DNA of 31,950 bases from a virus. Its lineage: Duplodnaviria > Caudoviricetes. Each line of letters opens with the position of its first letter. The first letter of the stretch is position 1. The stretch spans positions 1 to 31,950 of IMG/VR virus record IMGVR_UViG_3300017766_004037; one strand, given 5' to 3'. Positions 9,243-19,775 of the stretch are shown piece after piece. Below the pieces are notes generated by a model. That model searched no databases and was not told where the DNA came from. It was given only the letters and a program-made list of their open reading frames with translations. The position numbers and the translations under genes were made by a program.

Positions 9243-10564
9243 TGAGCAGTAGTGCGTTAATAAATGTAAAATCGACACAGGCATTTACTTTGGAGTTTTT
9301 GGGTGGCACAGCCAGCCCATGCTACTCCAAAGGCTTGCTTGAATCGTCGCCTGCCATTTATTTTACTGGAAATAGTATGTTCTTTGATTATTCACAGAGC
9401 AAAATTTCTGGAGATCTTAGATTTTTAAAATTATTCTTTGATGGTTTAAATGTAGGAAATACATTAAATTTTTCTTCAGGCACCTACGTAAATATCGACA
9501 CTGGTGCGTCAACCAGTTGGAACGGACAACTTACCCTTCAAGGTAAAACTGGAACCTTTAATCAATTTTTATATTTTTCTGGTGTATCTGGAATTAGCAG
9601 CTTAACTCAGTCTAATTACGATCCAAATCTTTTTACCAACCCAATACAGTTTAGCGCTACTTCTGGGGCTACTGCAAACCTTTTGTTATTTAAAAACCCC
9701 GGTTTGGATCCATTAAATTTTAATTATTTGGGTCTGTATGGCAGCGATTTAAACATCGAAGAGTATATTCAAGTCGATACAAGCACGTTGAATCAATACC
9801 GGATTCCAGTAAAAACTTCAATTAAACTAAATGATGGTTCCGAAGCCATCTATCTTTCTCCTAGCTCAACGATAGTAAATGAAAATCTTTTTTTCCAAAA
9901 AAGCTTAGTTTCCGTTTATCTACGTGGATCGTTGACTCCAGATCAAATTAATTTTGATGAAACAATCAATGGAGTTATGAGAATTACTGCTGATAGTCCG
10001 GGACAATTTAGTCTAACATTAGATAATCAAAACTTTCAACAATCTATTTTAACAAAATATTCCAACCCACCGACTACGGTGTACTACTACTGGTATCCAA
10101 ATTTATCACTTGGATCTTTTACCACAAATAACGTACTTCCGTATACGACAGAAAGTTACAGTTTCACTCGGATTTATCATTTAGTGTATAACACTGTAGT
10201 CGAAACTGTGTTCGTATCATCTGCACTAAATGAAGTTCCTATCATTGCCACCACGGAAACTTATAATAATATTTTAATTGATGGAAGCCAAACTCAAACG
10301 CTACTCTTTAGCGTGAGCACTGTCAGTGATCCCAAAAATTTTAAAATTGATCTGTCCGATGCAAGGAATCTGGGAACGGACATTGATGTCTATCTAGACC
10401 CAGCTTGCTCTATTCCGCTGGAGAACAACTCCAGATTGATCGGGGTTCCCGGTAGAGACGGTGCAGCCTTTATATATTATGCAGACAGGGCCGACACAAT
10501 ACAAAGTATATATCTGCAGCTGACTAGAGAGAACACAAAAGTTCTTGAAATAATTATAGATTAA
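9242..10564 (+). CDS. Hypothetical protein, probably structural
   Basis: 440-aa ORF coupled to the previous gene (TAATG). Confidence 0.75.
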   Translation: MSSSALINVKSTQAFTLEFLGGTASPCYSKGLLESSPAIYFTGNSMFFDYSQSKISGDLRFLKLFFDGLNVGNTLNFSSGTYVNIDTGASTSWNGQLTLQGKTGTFNQFLYFSGVSGISSLTQSNYDPNLFTNPIQFSATSGATANLLLFKNPGLDPLNFNYLGLYGSDLNIEEYIQVDTSTLNQYRIPVKTSIKLNDGSEAIYLSPSSTIVNENLFFQKSLVSVYLRGSLTPDQINFDETINGVMRITADSPGQFSLTLDNQNFQQSILTKYSNPPTTVYYYWYPNLSLGSFTTNNVLPYTTESYSFTRIYHLVYNTVVETVFVSSALNEVPIIATTETYNNILIDGSQTQTLLFSVSTVSDPKNFKIDLSDARNLGTDIDVYLDPACSIPLENNSRLIGVPGRDGAAFIYYADRADTIQSIYLQLTRENTKVLEIIID

Positions 10565-10842
10565 AGTTCAACCCAAGCATAATTATTTCCATCATAGAAA
10601 TAAGTATAAAACTTACCATTTGTTGACCAAATTTGGCCAACTTTAGGATCAAGGGGAGGATTGTCTGAAATATAAATCTCAGACAATCCCCTGTATTCCC
10701 AAGCTGATGCTTTTTCTATTGGAGACAAATACGTAGATTGTTTTGTTTCATAAATTTTTCCATGAAACAAAACAGTATCAGTTGGGCTATACACATTGTA
10801 TGACCCATCTCCAAGTTTCTTTTTGTAAGTTCCTTTAAACAC
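10561..10842 (-). CDS. Small tail-associated-type hypothetical protein
   Basis: 93 aa; YISDNPP..PKVGQIW...YFYDG...WV motif typical of phage fibre-associated domains; ATAAATA box just upstream. Confidence 0.65.
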   Translation of the reverse strand: MFKGTYKKKLGDGSYNVYSPTDTVLFHGKIYETKQSTYLSPIEKASAWEYRGLSEIYISDNPPLDPKVGQIWSTNGKFYTYFYDGNNYAWVEL

Positions 10843-10845
10843 AAA

Positions 10846-11151
10846 TTATTTATTTGTCTGGACTTCTCCATTTTCGTCTACTTTAATTACAGTAGACATG
10901 TCCGGGTTCATCCATTTTGTGTAGTATTCAGCCATGTCATCCGCAACATCCAGTGCAAGCATTACGGCAGAAAATGGAAGCAACGATCCAGTATCCACTT
11001 TTGTGTACGGTAGCCATGTTGCAAGACCAATTTTGTAATCTTTCATGTGAACTAATGTTGCTGGATTGTTGATAATCCATCCATTGTCTACACGGCGAGC
11101 GGGGGCGATAACTTCTTCATTAGTATAAAGTTTAAAATATAAAAGTTCCAT
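10846..11151 (-). CDS. Small Sm-like/SH3-barrel protein of the type conserved in T4-like phages
   Basis: FKLYTNEEVIA...NPATL...IGLATWLPY pattern; GAGGA RBS; paralogous to 21191..21502. Confidence 0.7.
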   Translation of the reverse strand: MELLYFKLYTNEEVIAPARRVDNGWIINNPATLVHMKDYKIGLATWLPYTKVDTGSLLPFSAVMLALDVADDMAEYYTKWMNPDMSTVIKVDENGEVQTNK

Positions 11152-11158
11152 AGTTTCC

Positions 11159-11797
11159 TCAAATATAGTTAACAGTCTTTTTCATTTTAGAGCCACACCC
11201 ACAGCCATTGCTTGCAGGTCTAGGTGAAGCCGTCTGATTTGTTTGTGAATAATTATTAGAATGTCCGAGCTCATCTTGTTCTTTGTTATGTGCTTGTTCG
11301 ATAATGTTTCTTTTTACATTATCATAAAGATTTTCAAGACGCTCTTCTTCTAATTTTTGTTCTTGTAGACGTTGTTTGCGGTAGAAGCGAGTGCGAATGA
11401 CCACTGCATCCTCGTAATCATGATCGTCAAACCAAATTTTAAAAATCGGAATGCTAAACCATTTATTAAATTTTTGTCTTCTTGCTTCACAACCGCAGTT
11501 TCCGTTTGTTAATTTGATAATTAAAGATTTTAATCCAGTTTTTCTTGTAAAGAAATCAATTATATCACCTATACGCAGGGAATATGTTTTAATTTCTATC
11601 TTTAATGTTCGATTCCATTCTAATTTTATTGCAAAAGGTCGGTAATAAAATAAATGTTTTTTACTTTCTTTTGCTGCTGTTACTAATTCTGGATTAGTAA
11701 AATCTAAATTAAAATTTAGTTCATTGGGTACGGAGAAGGTAGTATACCCATTAGAAGTCAAGGAATGATTCCCAACAAATGTATTATTATTAAACAC
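11159..11797 (-). CDS. Hypothetical protein with two CGC motifs
   Basis: IGDII..FT..TGLK...CGCEARRQKFN and C-terminal GCGCG; late box CTAAATA at 11823-11817. Confidence 0.7.
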   Translation of the reverse strand: MFNNNTFVGNHSLTSNGYTTFSVPNELNFNLDFTNPELVTAAKESKKHLFYYRPFAIKLEWNRTLKIEIKTYSLRIGDIIDFFTRKTGLKSLIIKLTNGNCGCEARRQKFNKWFSIPIFKIWFDDHDYEDAVVIRTRFYRKQRLQEQKLEEERLENLYDNVKRNIIEQAHNKEQDELGHSNNYSQTNQTASPRPASNGCGCGSKMKKTVNYI

Positions 11798-11829
11798 TAA
11801 TTCGCACCTTTCATGATATTTAGATGACT

Positions 11830-14800
11830 TTAGTTATCGTAATATAAATCGCAACGAACATCTGATGTTTCTCCAATGATTTGAATTGGCACAGTATCAC
11901 TCGGGTCATCAAAGCACCTTGCTCTAAAATCTCCCACTTGTGTTCCCGCATCATCGCTAAAACCTTGGAATGCAATTGGAGCTCCAGTAAAGCCATAAGT
12001 TAAACCGGGACATTCCAGATTGTATGTTGATGGAATTTCTTCGTAAACTCTATACCAAAGATATGGTGGAATTTCTGAAATATTATCTTCTGGTGGACCC
12101 GGCAAAGGTTCGTTTCCTGGATAGTAAAGTCCCGGGGAATCTATTCCTGTATTTCCAGCCAATTCGTAGAACATTCCAGACGGCAAAGCGCAACACCATC
12201 TACAATTTTCACATACACGTTCTCCGTTTGGGCACCCAAAAGATGAATTGGGGCAATTACCAACGCCAGTTGGATTTGCTGGACTGGTTGGTCCACACCA
12301 ACACTCAGATGCACTCAACCCCGGAGGAATTCGCCCAGAATAATCTTTAAACGATGCCATTCCTTTTAGCCAATCATCGGTAGCAACAATAGACAAATAC
12401 ATATCTTTTTCATAATAATTTGCCGTTGCAGTTTCATTAAACGTGCCATTTGTTATGACTGGATCGCCATAATTACAATCTTTGCGCTGCCCATATGCAT
12501 GCACCCAACCACCGGGGCCTATTAGATCATAGGGACTGCGTGTCATACACCCGCTTTGTGGACAACGAGCATTACAAGGTTCTCCAGCACATAGATTTGC
12601 TGAAGGGCACTCCAAATTTCTTTGTTTTGATTGGTTGTAGTGGTCCTCTAGCTGTTTTAAATTGGGCCCACCGACATAAACTTTTGGATATTTTAAAACA
12701 TTTTCAACCGTATATGCATTTATCAAAGCATCCTTCGGGACCATTATTTCATTAAACAGTCTACTAGATGTCAACCCATAAACTTCACCCTCTGTTGGTC
12801 TATCGTATCCAACGAAGGCTGGACGGTACGGTAGCGGTGCATCTTTTACTCCATAGTTTTGAGTAGTGGTGTTATAAGCATAGTAATATTCTCTTCTAGC
12901 GTATAAAAATCCTGTAATATTAGTTTTAACAACACCACAGCATTCTCCTACATTTAATTGAAAATTTCCTCTACCGTTTAATTTACCAAAAGCCTTGGCT
13001 GATTGTATAAAGTAATCTTTATTTGAATTAAACCCGACTCTCCCGGTTATATAACCAAAACATCTTGTTGCAATATATTGGGCATCTGCATCACAGTTTA
13101 ATCTATATTGTTGTCTTGTATATGGAGGACATCCACATACGTCGTCTAAACACTGACACGAAATGACATTATTTGTAAAATTATTATATTGATACGCATA
13201 CGGCGAAGGACTTCCATCACCAATCCAACATATATCTCCGTTTGCATAACAACCACCGAAACTTCTATTCAATGCTACATTAGTATCCTGCAATATCCCC
13301 GGTTGTGTTCCTATACCAAAATCTTCAGGCTTTAGTCCATCTTCATTGTCTATGTTTCTTATTAACCCACATCCACCTCCATTAGAAGGATCATATGAGT
13401 GTAGTGGAGTAGCTTGTTGATTTCTTTTCCACGAACCTCTCATCCAATAATACTGAGGTATTCCCGTATAAGAGCGATTTATATCACCTTTTCTGTAGTA
13501 CACACTACAGGTGTCAGGTTTTGCTACTTGATTATCAATAAAATCCGTGCCCAACAAATGGCAAGGTCTTCCAAATAACCATTTTGTAATTTCCCAACGA
13601 CCTGGAACAGCTCTAAAAAATGCCTGTGATCTAAAATACTGCGGCAATGAATTGTAATCTTTAAACTGCCAAACTGCATGACCCGGTGAAAAGGAATCTC
13701 CATTCCACGTTTGTGCAACTAATCCAGCTGTGTATATTCCAGCTGCATTTCCATAAGTGGAAGTTATGTCCGTGTAATATTTTCCTTCCAGCCCTCCAGT
13801 TAAACCAAAATCATACAGACTATTTGTTTTACGTCCTTTTCTAACAAATATTTCTGTGCTGTTAGTGTATGCATTTTCTTTTTTATACAATACTGTAACA
13901 GCATTTGGCCCAGCAACAATTTTTTTAATATTGCTGTAATTTTTTCCATAAGATCCTGTCAAGCCATTTATTGGAATGCCGGAAACAGATTCGACCATTT
14001 CAGCATGACCCCAAATAACTAAACGATCAGTAGTTCCATCTTTTCTTGCCAAAATACTATAATCTGGGCCACCTTCTATAGCAAATATTTTTTTACTTTG
14101 ATACACTGTTTTGTTGGCTTCAGTGTAAACTAGGTAGGGAGTGTGGTCTGCATTTGTATCTGAAACCGAAGTATCTTTGCATCCATAAGTAAGACCTCCC
14201 AATGACCATTGATCTGCGTAAATTTCACCTGTTGGCAAGAAAACGTCTATGGCGTTAATTCCACTGTTGCCGCTAACATCCGTTTGTGTTGGACCCAAAA
14301 CAGTTCCATCGGGTTTTACTTTAACATATTGACCCCATATTTTAATATTGTTATCATCAGACAACGCAATAGTATGGTAGTGTCCTGTGGCTACATCTGT
14401 AAACACTGGCGTATCAACGCGAATCGACCCAGCATTGCCTCCATCAAATACATAACCCTTTGTATCATTTTCATCATTAATAAGAGAATCTATTCCAATT
14501 TGGTAAAGATAGCACCTAATGTCGCAGGGAGATGACTGATTTGATATTCTGTTACACTTAAATTCATTTATGTAAGTGACGCCTGGTATATTGTTTATTC
14601 TTTGAGCGTCGTAAAGCCGTTCCCATTCTTCGTTTGTAAAGTAACCAGGTTTTGGAAAGTTTTTATAAAAAGTTAAACTATTTGTTGCAACGTTTAATTT
14701 TTCTGATGATGCTGATGTTGGTTGTTTTACTGCAGATGCCGTGGGGTATCCATATGAAGTTTGTTTATTTGAACCGTCAAGATTACTTGAATCCGGTGTC

Positions 14801-17800
14801 ATGAAAAGAGCGCCATCAAATGTAATGGCTGCACTGTGGTTTACTCCCGAAGCAACATCTTTGTAAATAAAATAATTATTTTGTATTCTACCAACAGCCC
14901 CGGGAAGACCCAAAAATGGAATCCAACTTGGAACAAAATAATCAGAAATAAAATTATTTGATTGATAAAAAATACAATGGGGATTACTTCCCCACGCACG
15001 GATAGTATAAGCGCTCACAAATCCACTTTGGTTATCAAATTTTCCATAAAATGGTTGATAATTTGAATCACCGTTTTGTCGGAAGTATCCAGAATTTGAA
15101 AACAAACGCCGCTGTTGGTCTGAGCCAAAAGCATCTCCCTCGGTAGGGCCCAAAACTCTTCCCTGATTGTAATCTACTAAGGCCACAGCACTAGAACCTT
15201 TAGACGAAACTTTAAGTACTGTTCCATCACTCAAATTAGTAGAACTTGACACAGCTTGAAGTTCATCTGCGTAACTTAAGTGTGCAGGATAGCAACCAAG
15301 TTTTGCTACACTGTTAATTACACTCTGTGCATCTGTTCCACAGAAGCCGTTTGATTCGTGACCAAAAGCTTGAAGCTTACCAGAATTAGTTGTAGCAAAC
15401 CAAGTTCTATCTCCACCATCCAAATTAAAAAACTCTAAAGGGTAATCATCTGGTGGAATGAGGTTCGGTGAGTATCCATAATCATTACATCCACCTTCTT
15501 CGCAACCCCACGCTGTCAACCCTGCTCTATCTGGTGTTGGATACAGCTTGACTCTCCGTGGAGCCCAGAACATCTGTCCCGGAGCTCTTTGATGTGACTG
15601 AGGTCTGATAAGTTGTTTTATATTTTTTGAACTAAAATATGGTTTAATATTTTCCCATGTTTTTTCTGGTCCACAAGCACCAGTCAAAGTATACAAAAAA
15701 TCTATAAGATTTAAATATCCACTTTTTCCTCCAACCATGATATCATCCATGGAATCTCTGAATGTAACATCTATATCACCTGATGGAAGTTCTTCAACGG
15801 CAGTATTATCTAATATTTCAGAAAGTTCATCTGCAACGTCTGGGGCATGGTCTTTTACGCTTAAAATATTATATTTGATCATTTGTTTCAACCAAGTTGA
15901 AACAAAATTGTAATCATCAACATCCGATTTAAATATCAGTGGCTCGTTGTATCTGGTTTCTCCATTGCGAACCGTAATATTATAAAAATATTTGTAAAAC
16001 TGTTCTAAAAACTGTTCACCATCAAAATACTTACCATCAATTTTAATATCATATTTTTGCGACAACACTTCCATCGCATATATGTCAGCATAAAAAATTG
16101 GAACTGTAGAAGATCCATATATTACACTTCGTGGGAAAGATTTCATGGTTTGAAAACGTAAAGCTTCCCGAGGATCGTATGTAAACTTAGTTGGAGCTAC
16201 TATTCCACCATATGGGCGTTCGTATGGAAGAATAAGTAAACGAGCATGATTAAAGGTCGGTATAGGTGCTGGGCAAAAAAGAACTTTACTGTGATAAGCC
16301 CAGCATTCAAAGTGGTGATCAATGCCGACCAATCCGACTAATTTATGATATAACAGGTCTTTTTTATTGTAAGCTGTTTTAAACTTTACAGAAGACCATT
16401 CCATGTTGCCAGCTTGATTTTTACCAGTTTGAATTATGGTGCTTTTGTATGTTGGTCCTAAAGTTTCATACTCGGAAGGAATTGCACTTCCATAATTAAT
16501 AATATCATGTGCTGCTGTTGCAATTCTATTTGAAATTCTGTTTAGATATGGAGAAACTCCTCTACTAAAACAAGAAAACTGGTAATTGGGATTAAAAAAA
16601 GGAAAATCTGGATTAGGTGATGATGAAATAGTTGTATTACAATATGGACCAATAGTTTGTGGTGTTTTTCCAAATCCACTTGCCTTGGGCCAAGCTGCAG
16701 CGTTTAATCTTTTTACTTCAAAGCTTGGATCACAATCGCTACCACCAGAAATAGCAGAGTAGGAACGATAACAGGTCATACAATTTGCTTCAGTCGTAGT
16801 CATTCTTGGCAAGAATGGATCTGAAGAAGGAAAGTAGCCTCCCATGTTTTCTCTTTGAGAGACATTAAATTGTTTTTTAACAGTATCTACCAACCCACCA
16901 CTCAAATGTGGGTACGCAAAACACTGGCATGGAAAGTTTCCACGTTCTCTACAAATACAATTTAGACCCCGAGAACAAAGATCATTGTAATAGCTTTTTA
17001 TGCAACTTGCATCTAGATCTGGACCATTGTTTCCTCCATTGCTAGACTGATCCCGGACATCTCCAATCACAAGATCACATGTCCTATATGCTTCATTGCC
17101 CTCTAATCCTGTTCGTTTCCATCCCTGTCCTTGCGTGACACTTGGATTATAATTAAAAATATATTCTGGGGGATACCAAACTAAAGAACACTGTGAATAT
17201 CTGTATATCAAGTATAATGGCAATGCTCCGGGAGCTCCTCCGTTGAACAAACACATTTCACATTGCACATCTGGATCTATTTCACCCCCACCACGACCAG
17301 CGTCAATTCCTGCGTCAGCTACCCCTAGTCCCGGATCTAAGGACGGTCTAGCCCGAAAACCAACATTTGTATTTTGGTAACTATATTCATTTACATAGTC
17401 GCCAACAGACGATCTGTAATTTGTTTTAATTGGTGGATTTAAGCCTTGGTTTAAATCTTCAATTTCATTTGCACTGACCGTAGAGCCAGTTAACCCTTTA
17501 AACAAAATATTAAGAGTTTCAGCCTGCGGTGGGTTGATATACCCTTTCCAGAAATTTACATTTTGAAATGTAGATCCAATCGCATTGCCTAAGTTATCAG
17601 AATAAAATGGAGTACTTAAAACTTCTGTAACATTTTTAAATTGTCCATCAGTGTTTCCAAAATTTGGATCACAAAATTCAATACATTCTTCTCGGCAGTT
17701 TTCACAAAAATTAACATTTTTTCCATTGCAGTCTAAACCAACAGGCCGAATATTTCTTATACAATCAATATCATAACCATTGTTTTCCAAACACTGTTTG

Positions 17801-18018
17801 CATACACGATTTAAACTTAATTGATCTTTAAATCTTTGATTTGATTTTATTGGACTTAAAGTTTCAATTTTATTTGTAGTCGTATATGTATTTGGATTTT
17901 CAGCTACATATAATTCTTTATTTGGAAAAATAAACTGTGATCTACTACCTTTGAATGGAGTAATAAATGTTTTATTAAATTGTTTAAAAATACGAGGAAT
18001 GAAAGAATCAGAAGACAT
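11830..18018 (-). CDS. Giant Cys-rich protein with central RCC1/BLIP-II-like propeller repeats
   Basis: 2062 aa uninterrupted; YKDVASGVNHSAAITFDG, FTDVATGHYHTIALSDDNNIKIWG and IFAIEGGPDYSILARKDG repeats; Cys clusters on both sides. Confidence 0.8.
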   Translation of the reverse strand: MSSDSFIPRIFKQFNKTFITPFKGSRSQFIFPNKELYVAENPNTYTTTNKIETLSPIKSNQRFKDQLSLNRVCKQCLENNGYDIDCIRNIRPVGLDCNGKNVNFCENCREECIEFCDPNFGNTDGQFKNVTEVLSTPFYSDNLGNAIGSTFQNVNFWKGYINPPQAETLNILFKGLTGSTVSANEIEDLNQGLNPPIKTNYRSSVGDYVNEYSYQNTNVGFRARPSLDPGLGVADAGIDAGRGGGEIDPDVQCEMCLFNGGAPGALPLYLIYRYSQCSLVWYPPEYIFNYNPSVTQGQGWKRTGLEGNEAYRTCDLVIGDVRDQSSNGGNNGPDLDASCIKSYYNDLCSRGLNCICRERGNFPCQCFAYPHLSGGLVDTVKKQFNVSQRENMGGYFPSSDPFLPRMTTTEANCMTCYRSYSAISGGSDCDPSFEVKRLNAAAWPKASGFGKTPQTIGPYCNTTISSSPNPDFPFFNPNYQFSCFSRGVSPYLNRISNRIATAAHDIINYGSAIPSEYETLGPTYKSTIIQTGKNQAGNMEWSSVKFKTAYNKKDLLYHKLVGLVGIDHHFECWAYHSKVLFCPAPIPTFNHARLLILPYERPYGGIVAPTKFTYDPREALRFQTMKSFPRSVIYGSSTVPIFYADIYAMEVLSQKYDIKIDGKYFDGEQFLEQFYKYFYNITVRNGETRYNEPLIFKSDVDDYNFVSTWLKQMIKYNILSVKDHAPDVADELSEILDNTAVEELPSGDIDVTFRDSMDDIMVGGKSGYLNLIDFLYTLTGACGPEKTWENIKPYFSSKNIKQLIRPQSHQRAPGQMFWAPRRVKLYPTPDRAGLTAWGCEEGGCNDYGYSPNLIPPDDYPLEFFNLDGGDRTWFATTNSGKLQAFGHESNGFCGTDAQSVINSVAKLGCYPAHLSYADELQAVSSSTNLSDGTVLKVSSKGSSAVALVDYNQGRVLGPTEGDAFGSDQQRRLFSNSGYFRQNGDSNYQPFYGKFDNQSGFVSAYTIRAWGSNPHCIFYQSNNFISDYFVPSWIPFLGLPGAVGRIQNNYFIYKDVASGVNHSAAITFDGALFMTPDSSNLDGSNKQTSYGYPTASAVKQPTSASSEKLNVATNSLTFYKNFPKPGYFTNEEWERLYDAQRINNIPGVTYINEFKCNRISNQSSPCDIRCYLYQIGIDSLINDENDTKGYVFDGGNAGSIRVDTPVFTDVATGHYHTIALSDDNNIKIWGQYVKVKPDGTVLGPTQTDVSGNSGINAIDVFLPTGEIYADQWSLGGLTYGCKDTSVSDTNADHTPYLVYTEANKTVYQSKKIFAIEGGPDYSILARKDGTTDRLVIWGHAEMVESVSGIPINGLTGSYGKNYSNIKKIVAGPNAVTVLYKKENAYTNSTEIFVRKGRKTNSLYDFGLTGGLEGKYYTDITSTYGNAAGIYTAGLVAQTWNGDSFSPGHAVWQFKDYNSLPQYFRSQAFFRAVPGRWEITKWLFGRPCHLLGTDFIDNQVAKPDTCSVYYRKGDINRSYTGIPQYYWMRGSWKRNQQATPLHSYDPSNGGGCGLIRNIDNEDGLKPEDFGIGTQPGILQDTNVALNRSFGGCYANGDICWIGDGSPSPYAYQYNNFTNNVISCQCLDDVCGCPPYTRQQYRLNCDADAQYIATRCFGYITGRVGFNSNKDYFIQSAKAFGKLNGRGNFQLNVGECCGVVKTNITGFLYARREYYYAYNTTTQNYGVKDAPLPYRPAFVGYDRPTEGEVYGLTSSRLFNEIMVPKDALINAYTVENVLKYPKVYVGGPNLKQLEDHYNQSKQRNLECPSANLCAGEPCNARCPQSGCMTRSPYDLIGPGGWVHAYGQRKDCNYGDPVITNGTFNETATANYYEKDMYLSIVATDDWLKGMASFKDYSGRIPPGLSASECWCGPTSPANPTGVGNCPNSSFGCPNGERVCENCRWCCALPSGMFYELAGNTGIDSPGLYYPGNEPLPGPPEDNISEIPPYLWYRVYEEIPSTYNLECPGLTYGFTGAPIAFQGFSDDAGTQVGDFRARCFDDPSDTVPIQIIGETSDVRCDLYYDN

Positions 18019-18033
18019 TATATGTACCTATAT

Positions 18034-18438
18034 TTAACTACATGTTCCGCAAATATTACAACAACTCTCTGGCGTTGAACCCAAGTCACCTATTCTGTTT
18101 ACTGCAGCAAATAGTGTTCCTGCACCACAAGTATTGCTGCTTGAATTGTTTGGACAATCCACACAGGCGCGAGTAGGTGGACAGCACTCGCATGCATTGA
18201 TAGAGTTGGGTGTGCAGCAACAATTGCATGGAATTTCATTTTGATTGGCTTGAATTCTCCAACCACGTTCACGACTTCGTGTTCTTGACGTTGGTCGATT
18301 AATTTTTAAAGAAATCAAATCTCCCTGTGATACAGGAACTGCACTGTTCATAAGATCTCCAAAAATTGTAACAAATTGGTCTGTAAGCCAAATTTCACAG
18401 CATGCACCTTCTGGGCAACAACATTTTCTTGTAAGCAT
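18034..18438 (-). CDS. Small, very Cys-rich protein
   Basis: MLTRKCCCPEGACCE, CNCCC and CCNICGTC; late box CTAAATA at 18458-18452. Confidence 0.75.
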   Translation of the reverse strand: MLTRKCCCPEGACCEIWLTDQFVTIFGDLMNSAVPVSQGDLISLKINRPTSRTRSRERGWRIQANQNEIPCNCCCTPNSINACECCPPTRACVDCPNNSSSNTCGAGTLFAAVNRIGDLGSTPESCCNICGTCS

Positions 18439-18461
18439 ATTTGATCCGTGATATTTAGCTC

Positions 18462-18497
18462 AAATGAATAACCCCCACCTAAATTTTTAGGTGGGGG
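18462..18497 (-). terminator. Intrinsic terminator downstream of the HTH gene
   Basis: CCCCCACCTAA/TTAGGTGGGGG stem at 18472-18497 followed on the minus strand by TTATTCATTT. Confidence 0.75.
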
Positions 18498-18520
18498 CTT
18501 GAAAGGCTAAACGTTAAAGT

Positions 18521-18754
18521 TTAGCGGCGCGTGCTGCGCAGACGGTACCGAGACTGCCCATTACGGGTCTCCCGGACGACATCCATACGGTAACGGAGGC
18601 GTCCAAAGGCCTCCCGAAGATCGTGCATTGTAGCTCGGATATTGCTGACCTTAAACATTGACCGAGCCTGGCCGGGAGTCAGGGTACGACCCTGAGACAT
18701 GTAATCAAAAACGCGCTGAATCTTAGACGGACGGGTATTCTTAGTAATTTGCAT
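18521..18754 (-). CDS. Small basic winged-HTH DNA-binding protein
   Basis: RTLTPGQARSMFKVSNIRATMHDLR helix-turn-helix plus wing ending SRYRL; own promoter, AAAGG RBS and terminator. Confidence 0.75.
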   Translation of the reverse strand: MQITKNTRPSKIQRVFDYMSQGRTLTPGQARSMFKVSNIRATMHDLREAFGRLRYRMDVVRETRNGQSRYRLRSTRR

Positions 18755-18778
18755 ATAAATTTAAACCTTTCTGCGTAT

Positions 18779-18806
18779 ATTGTACCACAAGTGTTTCTTT
18801 TGTCAA
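18779..18806 (-). promoter_or_regulatory. Sigma70-type promoter of the HTH gene
   Basis: TTGACA-16 nt-TACAAT with extended TG. Confidence 0.8.
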
Positions 18807-18872
18807 GCGTTTATGCCAAAATAATTTTTGACTTTTTTAAACTTTTTAAAGATAAATATCTACACTGGAGGT

Positions 18873-19475
18873 ATGAACTTGGACCCAAAGCATAGCCAGT
18901 TTATAAACCATGTTCGAAAACACCTCAAAATTTATAATGGAAAATTGATACTGGGAAGAGGCAAATCCATTAATGTGGAGGGGAGCCGATGCTCGGGGTG
19001 CTTTGACGATAATGTAATTTGTATACGAGTTGCCATCAAAGCCCCAAATTTTTTAGATGTCCTCTTGCACGAATATTGCCACTTTCTTCAATGGCTTCAT
19101 AAATCAAAAATTTACAAAATTGCAGATAAACATTGTACAACAGTAGCAGACTGGTTTGACGGAAAAGAATATTCTTCAAAAAAGATTAAAAAAGCATTTT
19201 ATTGGGTTCGCAAGATGGAACGGGAATGCGAACAATATGCAGTAAAATTAATTGATAAGTACAATCTTCCGATAAACAAAAAAAAGTACATTCGACTAGC
19301 AAACTGCTATATCTATACCCATTATTTTATGGAAGAAAAACGAAAATTTTGGATGTTTAAGAAAGATCCCTACAAGAGCAAATTTGTGCAAAAAACCATG
19401 CCTAGCAATTTTAAGGCATTGAGTCACCAAACAATCCCTAAAAAAGTTTACAACGCGCTTTTACGCTGCGTCTAA
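18873..19475 (+). CDS. Putative zinc metallopeptidase (HExxH); start corrected to ATG 18873
   Basis: VLLHEYCHFLQW and downstream ERECE; GGAGGT immediately upstream; ATAAATA box at 18852-18858. Confidence 0.7.
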   Translation: MNLDPKHSQFINHVRKHLKIYNGKLILGRGKSINVEGSRCSGCFDDNVICIRVAIKAPNFLDVLLHEYCHFLQWLHKSKIYKIADKHCTTVADWFDGKEYSSKKIKKAFYWVRKMERECEQYAVKLIDKYNLPINKKKYIRLANCYIYTHYFMEEKRKFWMFKKDPYKSKFVQKTMPSNFKALSHQTIPKKVYNALLRCV

Positions 19476-19775
19476 CTTTCTTATTTCTTCCCAGCGGTCA
19501 TTATGGAGAAGATATCCTTTTTGAACAAGTTCTAAAAGAAAATCGTCCATCATTCCGAGGACTTCTTGGTTGACTGGATATTTTATCTCGCCATTCATCT
19601 CAATCGGTCCTGTGCCCGATTTAAGACTTTCAGATACTGCCAAGTCGCACTGCTTCACAAGGTCATCTGTATATTCCAATACGCTAGCTACCTGATAAAA
19701 AAGATCTTTCTTTGAAAGATCTTCTTCTTTGCGAGCCAACAGACGGATTTCGTAAGTTAGTTCTGGAATTTTCAT
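19461..19775 (-). CDS. Hypothetical protein
   Basis: 104-aa ORF overlapping the stop of the ferritin-like gene. Confidence 0.7.
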   Translation of the reverse strand: MKIPELTYEIRLLARKEEDLSKKDLFYQVASVLEYTDDLVKQCDLAVSESLKSGTGPIEMNGEIKYPVNQEVLGMMDDFLLELVQKGYLLHNDRWEEIRKLDAA

